Assembly (NCBI GenBank): GCA_022563535.1
Contig: JADFNE010000020.1
Span: 4,040-68,039 of the forward strand
Length of the DNA stretch: 64,000 bases
DNA from: Myxococcales bacterium
Lineage (GTDB): Bacteria; Myxococcota_A; UBA9160; UBA4427
Direction: 5' to 3'
Shown here piece by piece: positions 17,781 to 30,057 of the stretch (position 1 is its first letter; each line of letters begins with the position of its first letter). Under the pieces are notes generated by a model. That model saw only the letters and a program-made list of their open reading frames with translations. It made no database searches and was not told the DNA's origin. Position numbers and translations under genes: made by a program.

Positions 17781-18818
17781 ATGTTTTTGGACACTATCGC
17801 CGGATGGTTCTCCCAAGACCTTGCGATTGATCTCGGTACTGCCAACACCCTGGTATATTGCCGAGGCAAAGGCCTGGTTTGCTCGGAGCCCAGCGTCGTC
17901 GCAATTGTCACGGATCGGCGAGGAGGCGAGCAAAAAGTTCGCGCGGTAGGTCATGAAGCGAAGGAGATGCTCGGCCGCACTCCAGGATCCATCAAAGCGA
18001 TTCGACCCATCAAAGACGGAGTCATTGCCGACTTTGAAATTACCGAAGCGATGCTTCGCTATTTCATTCGACGGGCACACAACCGCGGCGCTCTGGTGCG
18101 ACCGCGCATCGTGATCTGTGTTCCGCCCTGCATTACGAGCGTAGAAAAACGCGCGGTTCGCGAATCTGCACTGTCCGCGGGAGCGCGTGAGGTCTTCTTG
18201 ATCGAAGAGCCCATGGCTGCGGCCATCGGCGCGGGGCTCGACGTCACCGCACCCCAGGGCAACATGGTGGTCGATATCGGCGGGGGCACCACAGACGTCG
18301 CCGTCATCTCGCTTTCGGGCATTGTCGCCTCGCGTTCAATTCGCGTAGGCGGCGACAAGATGGACGATGCGATCATCAACTACATCAAGCGCAAGTACAA
18401 CATGTTGATCGGCGAGCAAACGGCTGAGCAGGTCAAGATCAATATTGGCGCGGCGGCCGCTCATTCGAAGTCTCTGACCCAAGAGGTCAAGGGACGAGAT
18501 CTGATTGCCGGGATTCCCAAGGTGATCGTCGCCACCAGTGACGAAATTCGCGAGGCGTTGGTCGAACCGATTCACGCCATCGTCGAAACCGTGCACCTCA
18601 CCCTGGAGAAGACGCCCCCGGAACTGGCGGCGGATATCGTCGATCGCGGCATCATGCTCGTGGGCGGTGGTTCCCTGCTGCGGGACCTCGACCAGGTATT
18701 GCGACAAGAGACCAAGCTGCCGATCCTGCGCAGTGAGGATCCCTACACGGCGGTCGTCCACGGTGCCGGCAAGGCACTGGAAAACCTCGACCTGCTGCGG
18801 GAAGTGTCGCTCCAGTAA
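17781..18818 (+). CDS. mreB: Rod shape-determining actin homolog MreB
   Basis: DLAIDLGTANTLVY, VVDIGGGTTDVAVIS, and a C-terminal GAGKALE. ATG at 17781. The 47 upstream codons in the ORF track are not MreB-like. Confidence 0.95.
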   Translation: MFLDTIAGWFSQDLAIDLGTANTLVYCRGKGLVCSEPSVVAIVTDRRGGEQKVRAVGHEAKEMLGRTPGSIKAIRPIKDGVIADFEITEAMLRYFIRRAHNRGALVRPRIVICVPPCITSVEKRAVRESALSAGAREVFLIEEPMAAAIGAGLDVTAPQGNMVVDIGGGTTDVAVISLSGIVASRSIRVGGDKMDDAIINYIKRKYNMLIGEQTAEQVKINIGAAAAHSKSLTQEVKGRDLIAGIPKVIVATSDEIREALVEPIHAIVETVHLTLEKTPPELAADIVDRGIMLVGGGSLLRDLDQVLRQETKLPILRSEDPYTAVVHGAGKALENLDLLREVSLQ

Positions 18819-18834
18819 TCCAGTAACGAGGACT

Positions 18835-18854
18835 CGCGCGGGTCGAACCGCGCG
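18835..18854. terminator. GC hairpin between convergent mreB and mltG (possible bidirectional terminator; no U-tract)
   Basis: CGCGCGG-GTCGAA-CCGCGCG, a perfect 7-bp stem. Confidence 0.3.
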
Positions 18855-18894
18855 TGCGCTCAGCCTCGAACTACACCCGACCATCCGGTCGCGC

Positions 18895-19914
18895 TCAGCG
18901 CGATCGCCTGCGCAATTGATATTCTCTCACCGCCTTTCTGTGCTCGCGGTACGTGCGAGAAAACTGGTGTGTCCCGTCGTTGCGCGACACGAAGTAGAGA
19001 AACTCGGTTTCGGCGGGTTCGAGGACGGCGCGCAGGGCATCGATGCCCGGACTCGCGATTGGGCCCGGAGGCAGACCCGCGATGCGATAGGTGTTGTAGG
19101 GGTTTGAAGCGTCACGCAGATGTTTCTTCGTGACGTTGCCGTCGAAGTTTTCGATTCCGAAGATCACGGTGGGATCCGTCTCGAGCCGCATCTTCCTCTT
19201 CAAGCGATTGTGAAAGACCGCAGCGATCAGGGGGCGCTCTTCCGGCGCCGCGGTTTCCTTTTCGACGATCGAAGCGAGTGTCACAATTTCGTGTTTGGAA
19301 AGTGATTGCCCTTCGGCGGTGGTTTCGATTTCTCGCCAGACTCTGTGAAATTGTTCGACGAACACCCGAACGATCTCGCGCGAAGTGAGGTGACGCGGAA
19401 GTCGATAGGTCTCGGGGTACAGGTAGCCTTCGAGGCTCGCTTGATCGATACCGAGTTCTTTCGCGAAATCTCCATCGCCTACCGTCGCCATAAAGTCGTC
19501 GAGATCCGCCAGGCCTGCTCCCGCGAGCCTGACGGCAACTTCCCAAGCCCGGATGCCTTCGGGGAGCACGATCTCATAGGTCTTGACGCGACCCGAGGTG
19601 ATGCGATTGAGGATGGTCTGGGTAGACCAACCTGCCGAGACCTCGTACTCCCCCGCTCGGAGATTGCCCGCGTCGCCGTGAAAACGAGCCAGCAGGTTGA
19701 GCGCCCAGGCTTCCCGGATCAGACCGGCTTTCTGTAGGCCGCGAGCGACCTGTCCGAGCCCCTGTCCCTGTTCAATCAAGAAGAGTTGAATCGCCTCATC
19801 GCCTCCGTCGCTTTGGGGCTGAACAGGTTGTAGAGCCCCGTAGGCGAATTGGCCGAGCCCGAAGGCCAGGGCAATCCCGAGTGCGAGCATCCCGAGCCGT
19901 TGGCGGGAGTTCAC
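18895..19914 (-). CDS. mltG: Endolytic murein transglycosylase MltG (YceG-like)
   Basis: N-terminal TM helix, then LYPETYRLP and SNPYNTYRIAGLPPGPIASPG motifs. GTGA overlap with ruvX. Confidence 0.9.
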   Translation of the reverse strand: MNSRQRLGMLALGIALAFGLGQFAYGALQPVQPQSDGGDEAIQLFLIEQGQGLGQVARGLQKAGLIREAWALNLLARFHGDAGNLRAGEYEVSAGWSTQTILNRITSGRVKTYEIVLPEGIRAWEVAVRLAGAGLADLDDFMATVGDGDFAKELGIDQASLEGYLYPETYRLPRHLTSREIVRVFVEQFHRVWREIETTAEGQSLSKHEIVTLASIVEKETAAPEERPLIAAVFHNRLKRKMRLETDPTVIFGIENFDGNVTKKHLRDASNPYNTYRIAGLPPGPIASPGIDALRAVLEPAETEFLYFVSRNDGTHQFSRTYREHRKAVREYQLRRRSR

Positions 19915-20384
19915 GAATCGATGTCCTCGAGGTCAGGCACTGGCTCACCCGCGCCCGACTCGGGCGGGGAATCGTTGCGCCGCAGTTCGAGGTAGGTGTT
20001 CAAGATGATCGCTGCAGCGACTGAATCGATCACGTCCTTCTGTTGCTTGGCGCGGCGACCCACGGCGCTGAGCGCGCGTTTGGCTTCAATCGTGGTCAAT
20101 CGCTCGTCGATGGTGTCCACCGCGATCCCCGCCGTCTCGGCCAAATCTCGAGCGAAGGATCGGGCCGCTTCGGCGCCCTTTCCCGACCGTCCGTTCATGT
20201 GGAGCGGAACGCCGATCACCGCGCGGTCGATCCCGCGCTCCGCGATCAATCGGACCAGAGCTTCGAGGTCTTGTTTGCGCCCGACGCGCTCGAGTTTTCC
20301 GCTCGGGAAAGCGAAGATCCCGTCTTCGTCGGAAATTGCCAGACCGATCCGTTTACTTCCGATGTCAAGGCCGAGGGTTCTCAT
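19911..20384 (-). CDS. ruvX: Putative pre-16S rRNA nuclease / Holliday junction resolvase-like RuvX (YqgF)
   Basis: MRTLGLDIGSKRIGLAISD... RNase H-like fold signature. ATG at 20384. The upstream Arg/Pro-rich extension in the ORF track is rejected. Confidence 0.85.
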   Translation of the reverse strand: MRTLGLDIGSKRIGLAISDEDGIFAFPSGKLERVGRKQDLEALVRLIAERGIDRAVIGVPLHMNGRSGKGAEAARSFARDLAETAGIAVDTIDERLTTIEAKRALSAVGRRAKQQKDVIDSVAAAIILNTYLELRRNDSPPESGAGEPVPDLEDIDS

Positions 20385-20470
20385 CGAACGCACAACTGTA
20401 GCGACTTCGTTGCGCTCGGGTTGAACCTGAGTTTTCCTGTTTTTCTCATGGGTGCGAGTCGCATCGGTTC

Positions 20471-22087
20471 TCAGTTTGTTTGCGTGCAATCTCGTTTGTT
20501 CAAGACTTCGTGCGCCTTGCTGCTCACCGCGGGATCGTCGTCTCGGAGTGCCGCGATGAGCATGGCCCGGACTTCGCTGCCGTGGCGACCGTCCAGCACC
20601 TCGAGGGTCGCGCACTTGAGCTCGCGTCCGCCCTGGCCGTTGCCACCGTCGCTTTTGTCTTCGGACAGCGGTGATGCGAGAATGTTCGCCAGGACGCGGC
20701 TGATTTTCTCTTGCGGACTGCCGAGTTGGCCGAGCGCGCGAACGATCACCCCCGCCAACCGGTAGCGTCGTTGTTTGCGGGCCCGGTCGAGCGCGGAAAG
20801 CAACGCCTCGCTCGTGTGTTCGGCCCGCAGCACGCCAAGACAGAGGGCTGCGGCGCTCGAGAGTTCTTCGGTGTCCCTCTCGAGGCCTCTCACGAGGACA
20901 TCGCACGCCTCGTTGTTACCGATGTTGACGAGGGCCATTCCGGCTTCTTTGCGCAGCGCGGGTCCACTGTCGTGAAAGACGTTGGCGAGAATGGGCACCA
21001 TCTTCGGGCTCTGGAGTTCACCCGCGAGGCGAACCACCAGCTGCAGGCGACTGCCCGTGCGCTTGGCGATCGCCCCGATCAACGCGGGCACCGCGCACTC
21101 GCCGAGCGCCAACACCGTGCTAGCCAGTCGCGTCGAACGCGCTCGGTCGGTCTCGCGTTCGAGCGCGTCGAGCAGGGCCGGCGTAGAGCGTTCGCCGAGC
21201 TGGAGCAGGATCTGGGTCGGGCGGACCCCTCCCGCTTCACAGTCGCAAGCTCGTGCAATCAGAAACTCGATTTGCGGACCGTCGATCAGCGATTCCATGG
21301 CAGATCGCGCCATGCGTGTTCGGGGTTCATCGCCGTCGGAATTCGCGCTTGCGTGCTCGGTCAGGATCAGCAGCGCGCGATAGACTTCGGCGCGCTGGCC
21401 CGCATCCCCGAGTTCCCGGGTCCAGCCGAGAATCTTGTCGATCAGCCCCTGGTAGAGCAGGTCGTCGTCGCATCGGTCGAGCTCTCGCAGGCAGCGTCTC
21501 AAGTGCTCGCCCTGCATGGCCATCGCCGGGGCTCCGAAGGGGTCTTCTTCGAGGCTGGGGAAGGTCAATCGCGCTGGTGGCGCGGGGGGTTCTGTTGCGG
21601 CCTCGATCGCGACCGGATCGGCCTGTTCGCGAGAGCGTCCATTGACTTCGATTCCGGGTCCCGAACTCGAGTAGAGCCGGCCCGCGAACCCTCCTTCGCA
21701 CATCTGATCCAGGTTGGCCGTCGGAATTGCGAGCAGGATCGCAAACCGGGTGAAACCATCCTGATCGAATTCGTCGGTCACCCGAACGCGATCCAGCTGA
21801 TGGATTTCCATGGCCCGGATGAGTTCAGCCAGATGGCTGGAGTCGATGGCGCCGAGCTCGTCGTGGCAGATCTCTCCACCGTTCCGCCGGAACTCGATCG
21901 CGCCGGTGCACTCGAGTTCGAGTTTCCACAGGAGGAATGTGCGCTGGAGCAGATTTTCGCGGCTTGGATGCCGGGGGCCGTAGATGGAAATGGCCCGCAG
22001 CAGTCGATTCAATTCGAGAACCAGGGCCGCGAGATTCGGCCCGGCGCGGGGGCCGGCGTCCGGCTCGAAAACGCGAATTTTAGCCAT
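20471..22087 (-). CDS. Hypothetical HEAT-repeat protein
   Basis: The C-terminal half shows repeated helical units (AVPALIGAIAKR.., MVPILANVFHDSGPALRKEAGMALVNIG, ALLSALDRARKQ.., MLIAALRDDDPAVSSKAHEVL) typical of HEAT/PBS-lyase repeats. ATG at 22087 has a GAGG upstream. The opposite-strand 485-aa ORF is Arg-rich antisense noise. Confidence 0.65.
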   Translation of the reverse strand: MAKIRVFEPDAGPRAGPNLAALVLELNRLLRAISIYGPRHPSRENLLQRTFLLWKLELECTGAIEFRRNGGEICHDELGAIDSSHLAELIRAMEIHQLDRVRVTDEFDQDGFTRFAILLAIPTANLDQMCEGGFAGRLYSSSGPGIEVNGRSREQADPVAIEAATEPPAPPARLTFPSLEEDPFGAPAMAMQGEHLRRCLRELDRCDDDLLYQGLIDKILGWTRELGDAGQRAEVYRALLILTEHASANSDGDEPRTRMARSAMESLIDGPQIEFLIARACDCEAGGVRPTQILLQLGERSTPALLDALERETDRARSTRLASTVLALGECAVPALIGAIAKRTGSRLQLVVRLAGELQSPKMVPILANVFHDSGPALRKEAGMALVNIGNNEACDVLVRGLERDTEELSSAAALCLGVLRAEHTSEALLSALDRARKQRRYRLAGVIVRALGQLGSPQEKISRVLANILASPLSEDKSDGGNGQGGRELKCATLEVLDGRHGSEVRAMLIAALRDDDPAVSSKAHEVLNKRDCTQTN

Positions 22088-22359
22088 GACGGGACCTCGA
22101 TAGATGCTGAGAATCGACGGAGAGCGGCTGCACAGCCAGCTCATCGACCGTCTCCGGCAGCCCCTTGACGCGCAGGAGATCCAGTGTTCAACGGAGCCTC
22201 CTTGGGTTCAATAGATTTTTGCTTTTCTTTCGCTTTTTGGATTGACTCTGACTCGAGCCGAGGGCTAACCTGCTTTGCGTCGCCCCCCTGACCCGACATC
22301 GCGCAATCTGGCTGGATCTCAGCTGTAAGGTGTAAGCCGCAAACGAACTCGAGCCGCTG

Positions 22360-22962
22360 ATGAAATTGCGCGATCGACCTCGTGAAAGTGTGGCGAAAAC
22401 ACCTCTGCCGAATCCTCTGCTGAGAGTTGTGGTCTTGGCTGCCGCAACCGGGGCGGGGGTCGGGTTCATCCCGCTCGCTCCCGGCACCTTTGGGTCCATG
22501 GTCGGTGTCCTGCTCTTTTTTCCGCTCGCCCGGGAGGGGCTGGCTGTCTACTTCGCGGGGGTAGTCGTGCTTTCGGTGCTCGGCGTGTGGTCGGCTGGCC
22601 GGGCCGAGGAAATTTTCGACTCCACCGATGACGGACGCATTGTGATCGACGAGTTGGTCGGCCAACTCATCGCATTGGCTCCCCTCGTGGCGCTGTTGCC
22701 TGTGGTTGACCTTTTTACAGTCGTTGAAGGGGGTGGCGGTCGGATCGAAAGAGTTTCTTTTATTCTGCTCGTCGTGACCGGATTCGTCACATTTCGGGTG
22801 TTAGATATCTACAAGCCGGGGGTGATTCGCTGGGTGGAGCGAAACATCTCTGGCGGGGCGGGCGTAATGGCAGACGATTGTGTCGCGGGTGTCTTCGGGG
22901 CCGTCGGCCTCGCACTCCCGACCGCCGGCGTCTTGTGGTTTGGCTGGTTGGGTAAAGCTTGA
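22360..22962 (+). CDS. pgpA: Phosphatidylglycerophosphatase A
   Basis: GFIPLAPGTFGS, VIDELVGQ, FRVLDIYKPGVIRWVER, MADDCVAGVFG. Confidence 0.85.
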   Translation: MKLRDRPRESVAKTPLPNPLLRVVVLAAATGAGVGFIPLAPGTFGSMVGVLLFFPLAREGLAVYFAGVVVLSVLGVWSAGRAEEIFDSTDDGRIVIDELVGQLIALAPLVALLPVVDLFTVVEGGGGRIERVSFILLVVTGFVTFRVLDIYKPGVIRWVERNISGGAGVMADDCVAGVFGAVGLALPTAGVLWFGWLGKA

Positions 22963-22981
22963 TGGTTGATGGTAGTGAGAA

Positions 22982-23045
22982 GGTGAGGGGTGGATGGTGG
23001 GTGAGGGGTGGATGGTGAAGGGTGGATGGTAAACGATGGATGGTG
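22982..23045. repeat. G-rich tandem array: GGTGAGGGGTGGATGGTG x2 exact (22982-22999, 23000-23017), then two degenerate copies
   Basis: Read directly. It fills the pgpA-cinA intergenic gap. Confidence 0.8.
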
Positions 23046-23049
23046 AACG

Positions 23050-24456
23050 GTGGCCGGTAAAAAGATGAGCAGCCGCAGCAACATTCTGTGCGCCGAGATC
23101 ATTACCATCGGCGACGAAATCCTGCGCGGCGAAATCGTCGACTCGAACAAGGCCTTGATGTCCGAGCGCCTGCGGGATGTCGAAGTCGAGACCCGCTTTC
23201 AAACCTCAGTTCTCGACCATCCCGAAGAAATGGCCGACGCGTTTCGACGCGCCGTTGCCCGGGCGGACATCGTGTTGGTTTCGGGGGGTCTCGGGCCGAC
23301 CCGAGACGATCTCACGACGGCGGTGCTGGCCGAGACATTTGGTTGCGAACTGCTGCTCGACGAAGCCTCCCTCGAAACGATCCGCAAGTTCTTCGGCCAG
23401 CTCGGTCGCGAAATGAGCGAGAACAATGCCAAGCAGGCTTACTTTCCCGCCCGGGCCGAAGTGTTGTCCAATCCGGTCGGTACGGCGCCCGGCTTCATGA
23501 TGAAGATCGCGGGGACAGGGAAGGGCGCAGAAGCGGTCGAAGCCGAAGAAACCCTGATCTTTGCCATGCCGGGGGTGCCGCGGGAACTCGCGCTGATGCT
23601 CGACCAGCAGGTGTTGCCCCGGGTGGTGGCACGGGTCGCCGATAATCATGAGGGTAGCAGCGGGCGCGCGATGCGAGTGAAGTTGCTCCGCACCTTCGGC
23701 CTCGGCGAGTCGACCCTCGATGCCGAACTCAAGGACATCGCCCGGGATGCTGAGGTCGAGCTCGGCTTTCGCACCTCGTTTCCCGACAACTATTTGCGCC
23801 CGGTGGTCCGGTCGGCAACTGCGGCCGAGGCCGAGGCCAAGCTTGAAAGCGTGTGCCGCGAAATTCGCGACACCCTCGGCGCTGTCGTCTACGGCGAAGG
23901 GGATGAAACCCTCGCTGCGGTGGTGGGCCGGCTGTTGGTGGAAGCCGGAGCCACGATCGCCACTGCGGAATCCTGCACCGGCGGGTTGTTGGCCGAGCAG
24001 ATCACCCAGGTTCCGGGCGCTTCGCGCTACTTCGCCGGGGGCGTCATCGCCTATGCGAATGAAGTCAAGGTGGCGCAGCTAGGCGTACCCGAAGAGTTGC
24101 TCGCCAGCCACGGTGCCGTCTCGCAGCCAGTCGCAGTCGCCATGGCCGAGGGTGTGCGCAAGCGCTTCGGCACAGACTTTGGAGTCTCGACCACCGGCAT
24201 CTCTGGACCCGACGGCGGCACGGACGAAAAACCGGTCGGTCTGGTTTGCGTGGCGGTGGCTCGAAGCGGTGCGGAGACCCACGCAGACAGTTTCATCTTT
24301 CCCCTCGATCGCGTGCGGCATCGCACCCTGACCGCCCAGGTTGCTCTCGACTGGGTGAGGCGCTCGCTGATGGGCATCGAACTCGTGAGTCCCTCGCTGC
24401 TGCGTCGCCGCGACGGCGCAGCGCCACCGGCCGGGTCTTCGGGGGCATCGCAGTGA
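23050..24456 (+). CDS. cinA: CinA-family protein (MoCF-like N-domain + nicotinamide-nucleotide amidohydrolase PncC-like C-domain)
   Basis: AEIITIGDEILRGEIVDSN...VSGGLGPTRDDLT, and a C-terminal IATAESCTGGLLA...VSTTGISGPDGG. Start is GTG 23050 or ATG 23065. Confidence 0.9.
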   Translation: MAGKKMSSRSNILCAEIITIGDEILRGEIVDSNKALMSERLRDVEVETRFQTSVLDHPEEMADAFRRAVARADIVLVSGGLGPTRDDLTTAVLAETFGCELLLDEASLETIRKFFGQLGREMSENNAKQAYFPARAEVLSNPVGTAPGFMMKIAGTGKGAEAVEAEETLIFAMPGVPRELALMLDQQVLPRVVARVADNHEGSSGRAMRVKLLRTFGLGESTLDAELKDIARDAEVELGFRTSFPDNYLRPVVRSATAAEAEAKLESVCREIRDTLGAVVYGEGDETLAAVVGRLLVEAGATIATAESCTGGLLAEQITQVPGASRYFAGGVIAYANEVKVAQLGVPEELLASHGAVSQPVAVAMAEGVRKRFGTDFGVSTTGISGPDGGTDEKPVGLVCVAVARSGAETHADSFIFPLDRVRHRTLTAQVALDWVRRSLMGIELVSPSLLRRRDGAAPPAGSSGASQ

Positions 24457-24674
24457 CGTCAACAAACTCGAGTTGGAAAAGAACGGCTGCGCGGGTCAGA
24501 ACCGTCGAATACGAAAGAAGATTTCACGGGCTCGCTCTTCCATTCCACGGGTGTGGTCTGGGATGCGATCTGTTTAACGCATCACCCCTCAACTCACTTT
24601 TTGTCGGGCACTCGTTTATGGGGAACGGTCCAAAGGCAAGGAATGGGAATCAAGAAAAAGAAAGGAATTGAATC

Positions 24675-25796
24675 ATGGCAAAAAAGTCACAGAAGCTAGA
24701 GCGAGCACCGGTACAGCGGATCAGTCGAGAGGGCAACGGAGAACAGCGGGCGAAGGCGCTCGAGATGGCGATCGCCTCGATCGAAAAGCAATTTGGCAAG
24801 GGCGCGATCGTTGCGATGTCCGGAGACAAGATCGATTACGAGATTCCCTACTTTTCGAGCGGCTCGCCGAGCATCGACATCGCTCTGGGGATCGGCGGCT
24901 ATCCTCGCGGTCGAGTGGTCGAGATCTACGGACCGGAGTCGAGTGGCAAGACGACGCTGACCCTGCACGCCATTGCAGAAGTGCAGAAGACTGGCGGAGT
25001 CGCGGCCTTCATCGACGCCGAGCACGCGCTGGACGTGAACTACGCCAGACGCCTCGGCGTCAAGGTCGAAGACCTGCTGGTCTCACAGCCCGATACCGGT
25101 GAACAGGCCCTCGAGATTGCCGACGTCCTGCTGCGCTCCGGTGCGATCGATATCGTGGTGATCGATTCGGTGGCAGCGCTGGTGCCCCGGGCCGAGATCG
25201 AGGGAGAGATGGGGGACCATCACGTGGGCCTGCAAGCTCGGCTGATGAGCCAGGCGTTGCGCAAGCTCACGGCCACCGTCGCCAAGTCTGGCGCCACGAT
25301 CATGTTCATCAATCAGATTCGCATGAAGATTGGGGTGATGTTTGGCAACCCGGAGACGACCACCGGAGGCAACGCGCTGAAGTTCTATGCGTCGATTCGC
25401 ATCGATGTACGCCGGATCGCCGCACTCAAGGACGGCGACGAGGTGGTGGGCAATCGTACTCGGGTCAAGGTGGTGAAGAACAAGGTCGCACCTCCGTTTC
25501 GCCAGGCGGAGTTCGACATCCTTTACAACGAAGGGATTTCTCGCGAGGGAGACCTGCTGGACCTCGGTGTCGAGGAAGGCCTGGTCGAGAAAAGCGGCTC
25601 CTGGTACTCGTACGACGGCGAGCGAATCGGCCAGGGGCGGGAGAATGCCCGTCGCTTCCTCAAGGAAAATCCAGAGACTTGTGGACGCCTGGCGGAGGTC
25701 GTGTACGCGGCCAAGGGACTCAAGCTTCCCGTCCCGGTAGGGGGACACGGCGCGATTGCTGCGGATGCCTCCGAGCCCGAAACCGAAGACGTCTGA
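24675..25796 (+). CDS. recA: Recombinase RecA
   Basis: Walker [60 protein letters not shown]. Confidence 0.97.
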   Translation: MAKKSQKLERAPVQRISREGNGEQRAKALEMAIASIEKQFGKGAIVAMSGDKIDYEIPYFSSGSPSIDIALGIGGYPRGRVVEIYGPESSGKTTLTLHAIAEVQKTGGVAAFIDAEHALDVNYARRLGVKVEDLLVSQPDTGEQALEIADVLLRSGAIDIVVIDSVAALVPRAEIEGEMGDHHVGLQARLMSQALRKLTATVAKSGATIMFINQIRMKIGVMFGNPETTTGGNALKFYASIRIDVRRIAALKDGDEVVGNRTRVKVVKNKVAPPFRQAEFDILYNEGISREGDLLDLGVEEGLVEKSGSWYSYDGERIGQGRENARRFLKENPETCGRLAEVVYAAKGLKLPVPVGGHGAIAADASEPETEDV

Positions 25797-25817
25797 GAGC
25801 AACGATCCACCACGCTC

Positions 25818-25847
25818 CCGGGACCGGCATCTTCTCGTCGGTCCCGG
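25818..25847 (+). terminator. Hairpin downstream of recA (possible terminator; no clear U-tract)
   Basis: CCGGGACCG-(12 nt)-CGGTCCCGG, a perfect 9-bp stem starting 22 nt after the recA stop. Confidence 0.35.
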
Positions 25848-26063
25848 AAGCGTAGAGTTCTTTGAAGGACTGTCGAATTCCGCTCTAATTGCAATCACAT
25901 TGCGTATTCCTTGCGCACGCGAATTTGACGCCCGAACGCTCGCCTCTCGGCGAGTTGCGTGCCGCTCGGCTCAAGCTGCTCTCCCTTCCTGTCGAAACAC
26001 CCACAGACTGGTTGTGAAATGCGAACCAGCATCACGACATCGGCGAAGGGGCTCCCACAGTTC

Positions 26064-27263
26064 ATGGGTATGGATCTCAACGACATCCTGAAGGTCGCGA
26101 TCAAGGGCGGAGCCTCGGACATTCATCTGAAGGCCGGATTGCCCCCTATGTTCCGAGTCGACGGTGCGCTGGTGCCGCTCAAGAACGGCGAGCGCATGAT
26201 GCCCGACGATCTGCAGAAAATCGCGTTCTCGATCATGAACGAAAAGCAGAGGGCGAATTTCGAAGAGCAACGCGAAGCGGATCTCGCCTACGGGATTGCG
26301 GGACTCGGGCGCTTTCGCGTCAACATTTTTCAGCAGCGCGGCACCATTGGCGTTGTCTTCCGGGTCATCCCCTTTGGAGTGAAGACCGCGGAGCAACTCC
26401 ATCTTCCTCCGATCATCCAGAAGATTGCTCGCGAGCAGCGGGGACTTGTTCTCGTGACCGGGACTACGGGTTCGGGCAAGTCGACCACGTTGGCGGCGAT
26501 GATCGAACAGATCAATACCGAGCGTACTTCTCACATCATGACGATCGAAGACCCGATCGAATTTTTGATTCGCGATCGCCGCTCGATCGTGAACCAGCGC
26601 GAGATCGGCGTCGACACCCACAGTTTTTCCAACGCCCTGCGGGCGGCCTTGCGTCAGGACCCCGACGTCATTCTGGTCGGCGAGATGCGCGACTTCGAGA
26701 CGATCGAAACGGCCCTCACTGCAGCTGAAACCGGTCACCTCGTGATGAGCACCTTGCATACCCTCGACGCGACCGAGACGATCAACCGTATCATCTCGGT
26801 ATTTCCGCCCTACCAGCAGAAGCAGGTTCGATTGCAGTTGGCGACCATTTTGAAGGCGGTGATCTCACAGCGACTGGTTCCCCGGGCTGATGGCAACGGC
26901 CGCGTTCCCGCGCTGGAAGTGTTGGTTTCGACTGCGTTCGTCCGCGAGTGCATCGGCGACAAGGACCGCACCAAGGAAATTCCCGAGGTGATCGCCAAGG
27001 GTTTCACCACCTACGGCATGCAGACCTTCGATCAGTCACTGATGCAGTTGGTGAAAGACGGTCTCGTGACCTACGACGAAGCGCTGAAGAACGTGTCGAA
27101 CCCGGACGACTTTGCCTTGCGGTTCCGCGGCATCGCCTCGACTTCGGACTCTCAGTGGAACGAGTTCGACGGTGAGGGCGACGACGAAAAAGATAAGCCC
27201 GAGGCCGACAATATCGACGATGCCCTGGTGGACGACGACGGCTTCAGCATCGATCGTTTCTAG
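26064..27263 (+). CDS. pilT: Type IV pilus retraction ATPase PilT-like, with an acidic C-terminal extension
   Basis: GASDIHLKAGLPPMFRVDG, Walker A GTTGSGKSTT, Walker B ILVGEMRD, His box TGHLVMSTLHT. About 45 extra acidic residues at the C-terminus. ATG at 26064. Confidence 0.85.
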   Translation: MGMDLNDILKVAIKGGASDIHLKAGLPPMFRVDGALVPLKNGERMMPDDLQKIAFSIMNEKQRANFEEQREADLAYGIAGLGRFRVNIFQQRGTIGVVFRVIPFGVKTAEQLHLPPIIQKIAREQRGLVLVTGTTGSGKSTTLAAMIEQINTERTSHIMTIEDPIEFLIRDRRSIVNQREIGVDTHSFSNALRAALRQDPDVILVGEMRDFETIETALTAAETGHLVMSTLHTLDATETINRIISVFPPYQQKQVRLQLATILKAVISQRLVPRADGNGRVPALEVLVSTAFVRECIGDKDRTKEIPEVIAKGFTTYGMQTFDQSLMQLVKDGLVTYDEALKNVSNPDDFALRFRGIASTSDSQWNEFDGEGDDEKDKPEADNIDDALVDDDGFSIDRF

Positions 27264-27417
27264 CTCCATCTGCCTCGAGCCCCAAAGCCAATAGCCCCAG
27301 TTCGCACCTCAGCACTGCGCGGTCTTCCCCTTCGCGTCGGCGCCCTTTGCGCCCCAGCCTTCGCCCCCCACGCCCATTCCGCTATATTGCACCGCCCTCG
27401 GGCAGGAAAGGTGGAGC

Positions 27418-30053
<2,636 letters not shown>

Positions 30054-30057
<4 letters not shown>

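Noticed and set aside
20711-22168. 485-aa plus-strand ORF, opposite the HEAT-repeat gene
   Set aside because: Arg-rich nonsense-like sequence. The minus-strand product has repeat architecture, an SD-preceded ATG, and operon continuity with ruvX-mltG.
24457-24674. Search for a LexA/SOS box upstream of recA
   Set aside because: I found only a weak inverted repeat, GATGCG-N10-CGCATC, and GAAC-containing strings that do not fit any LexA consensus I know. No call made.
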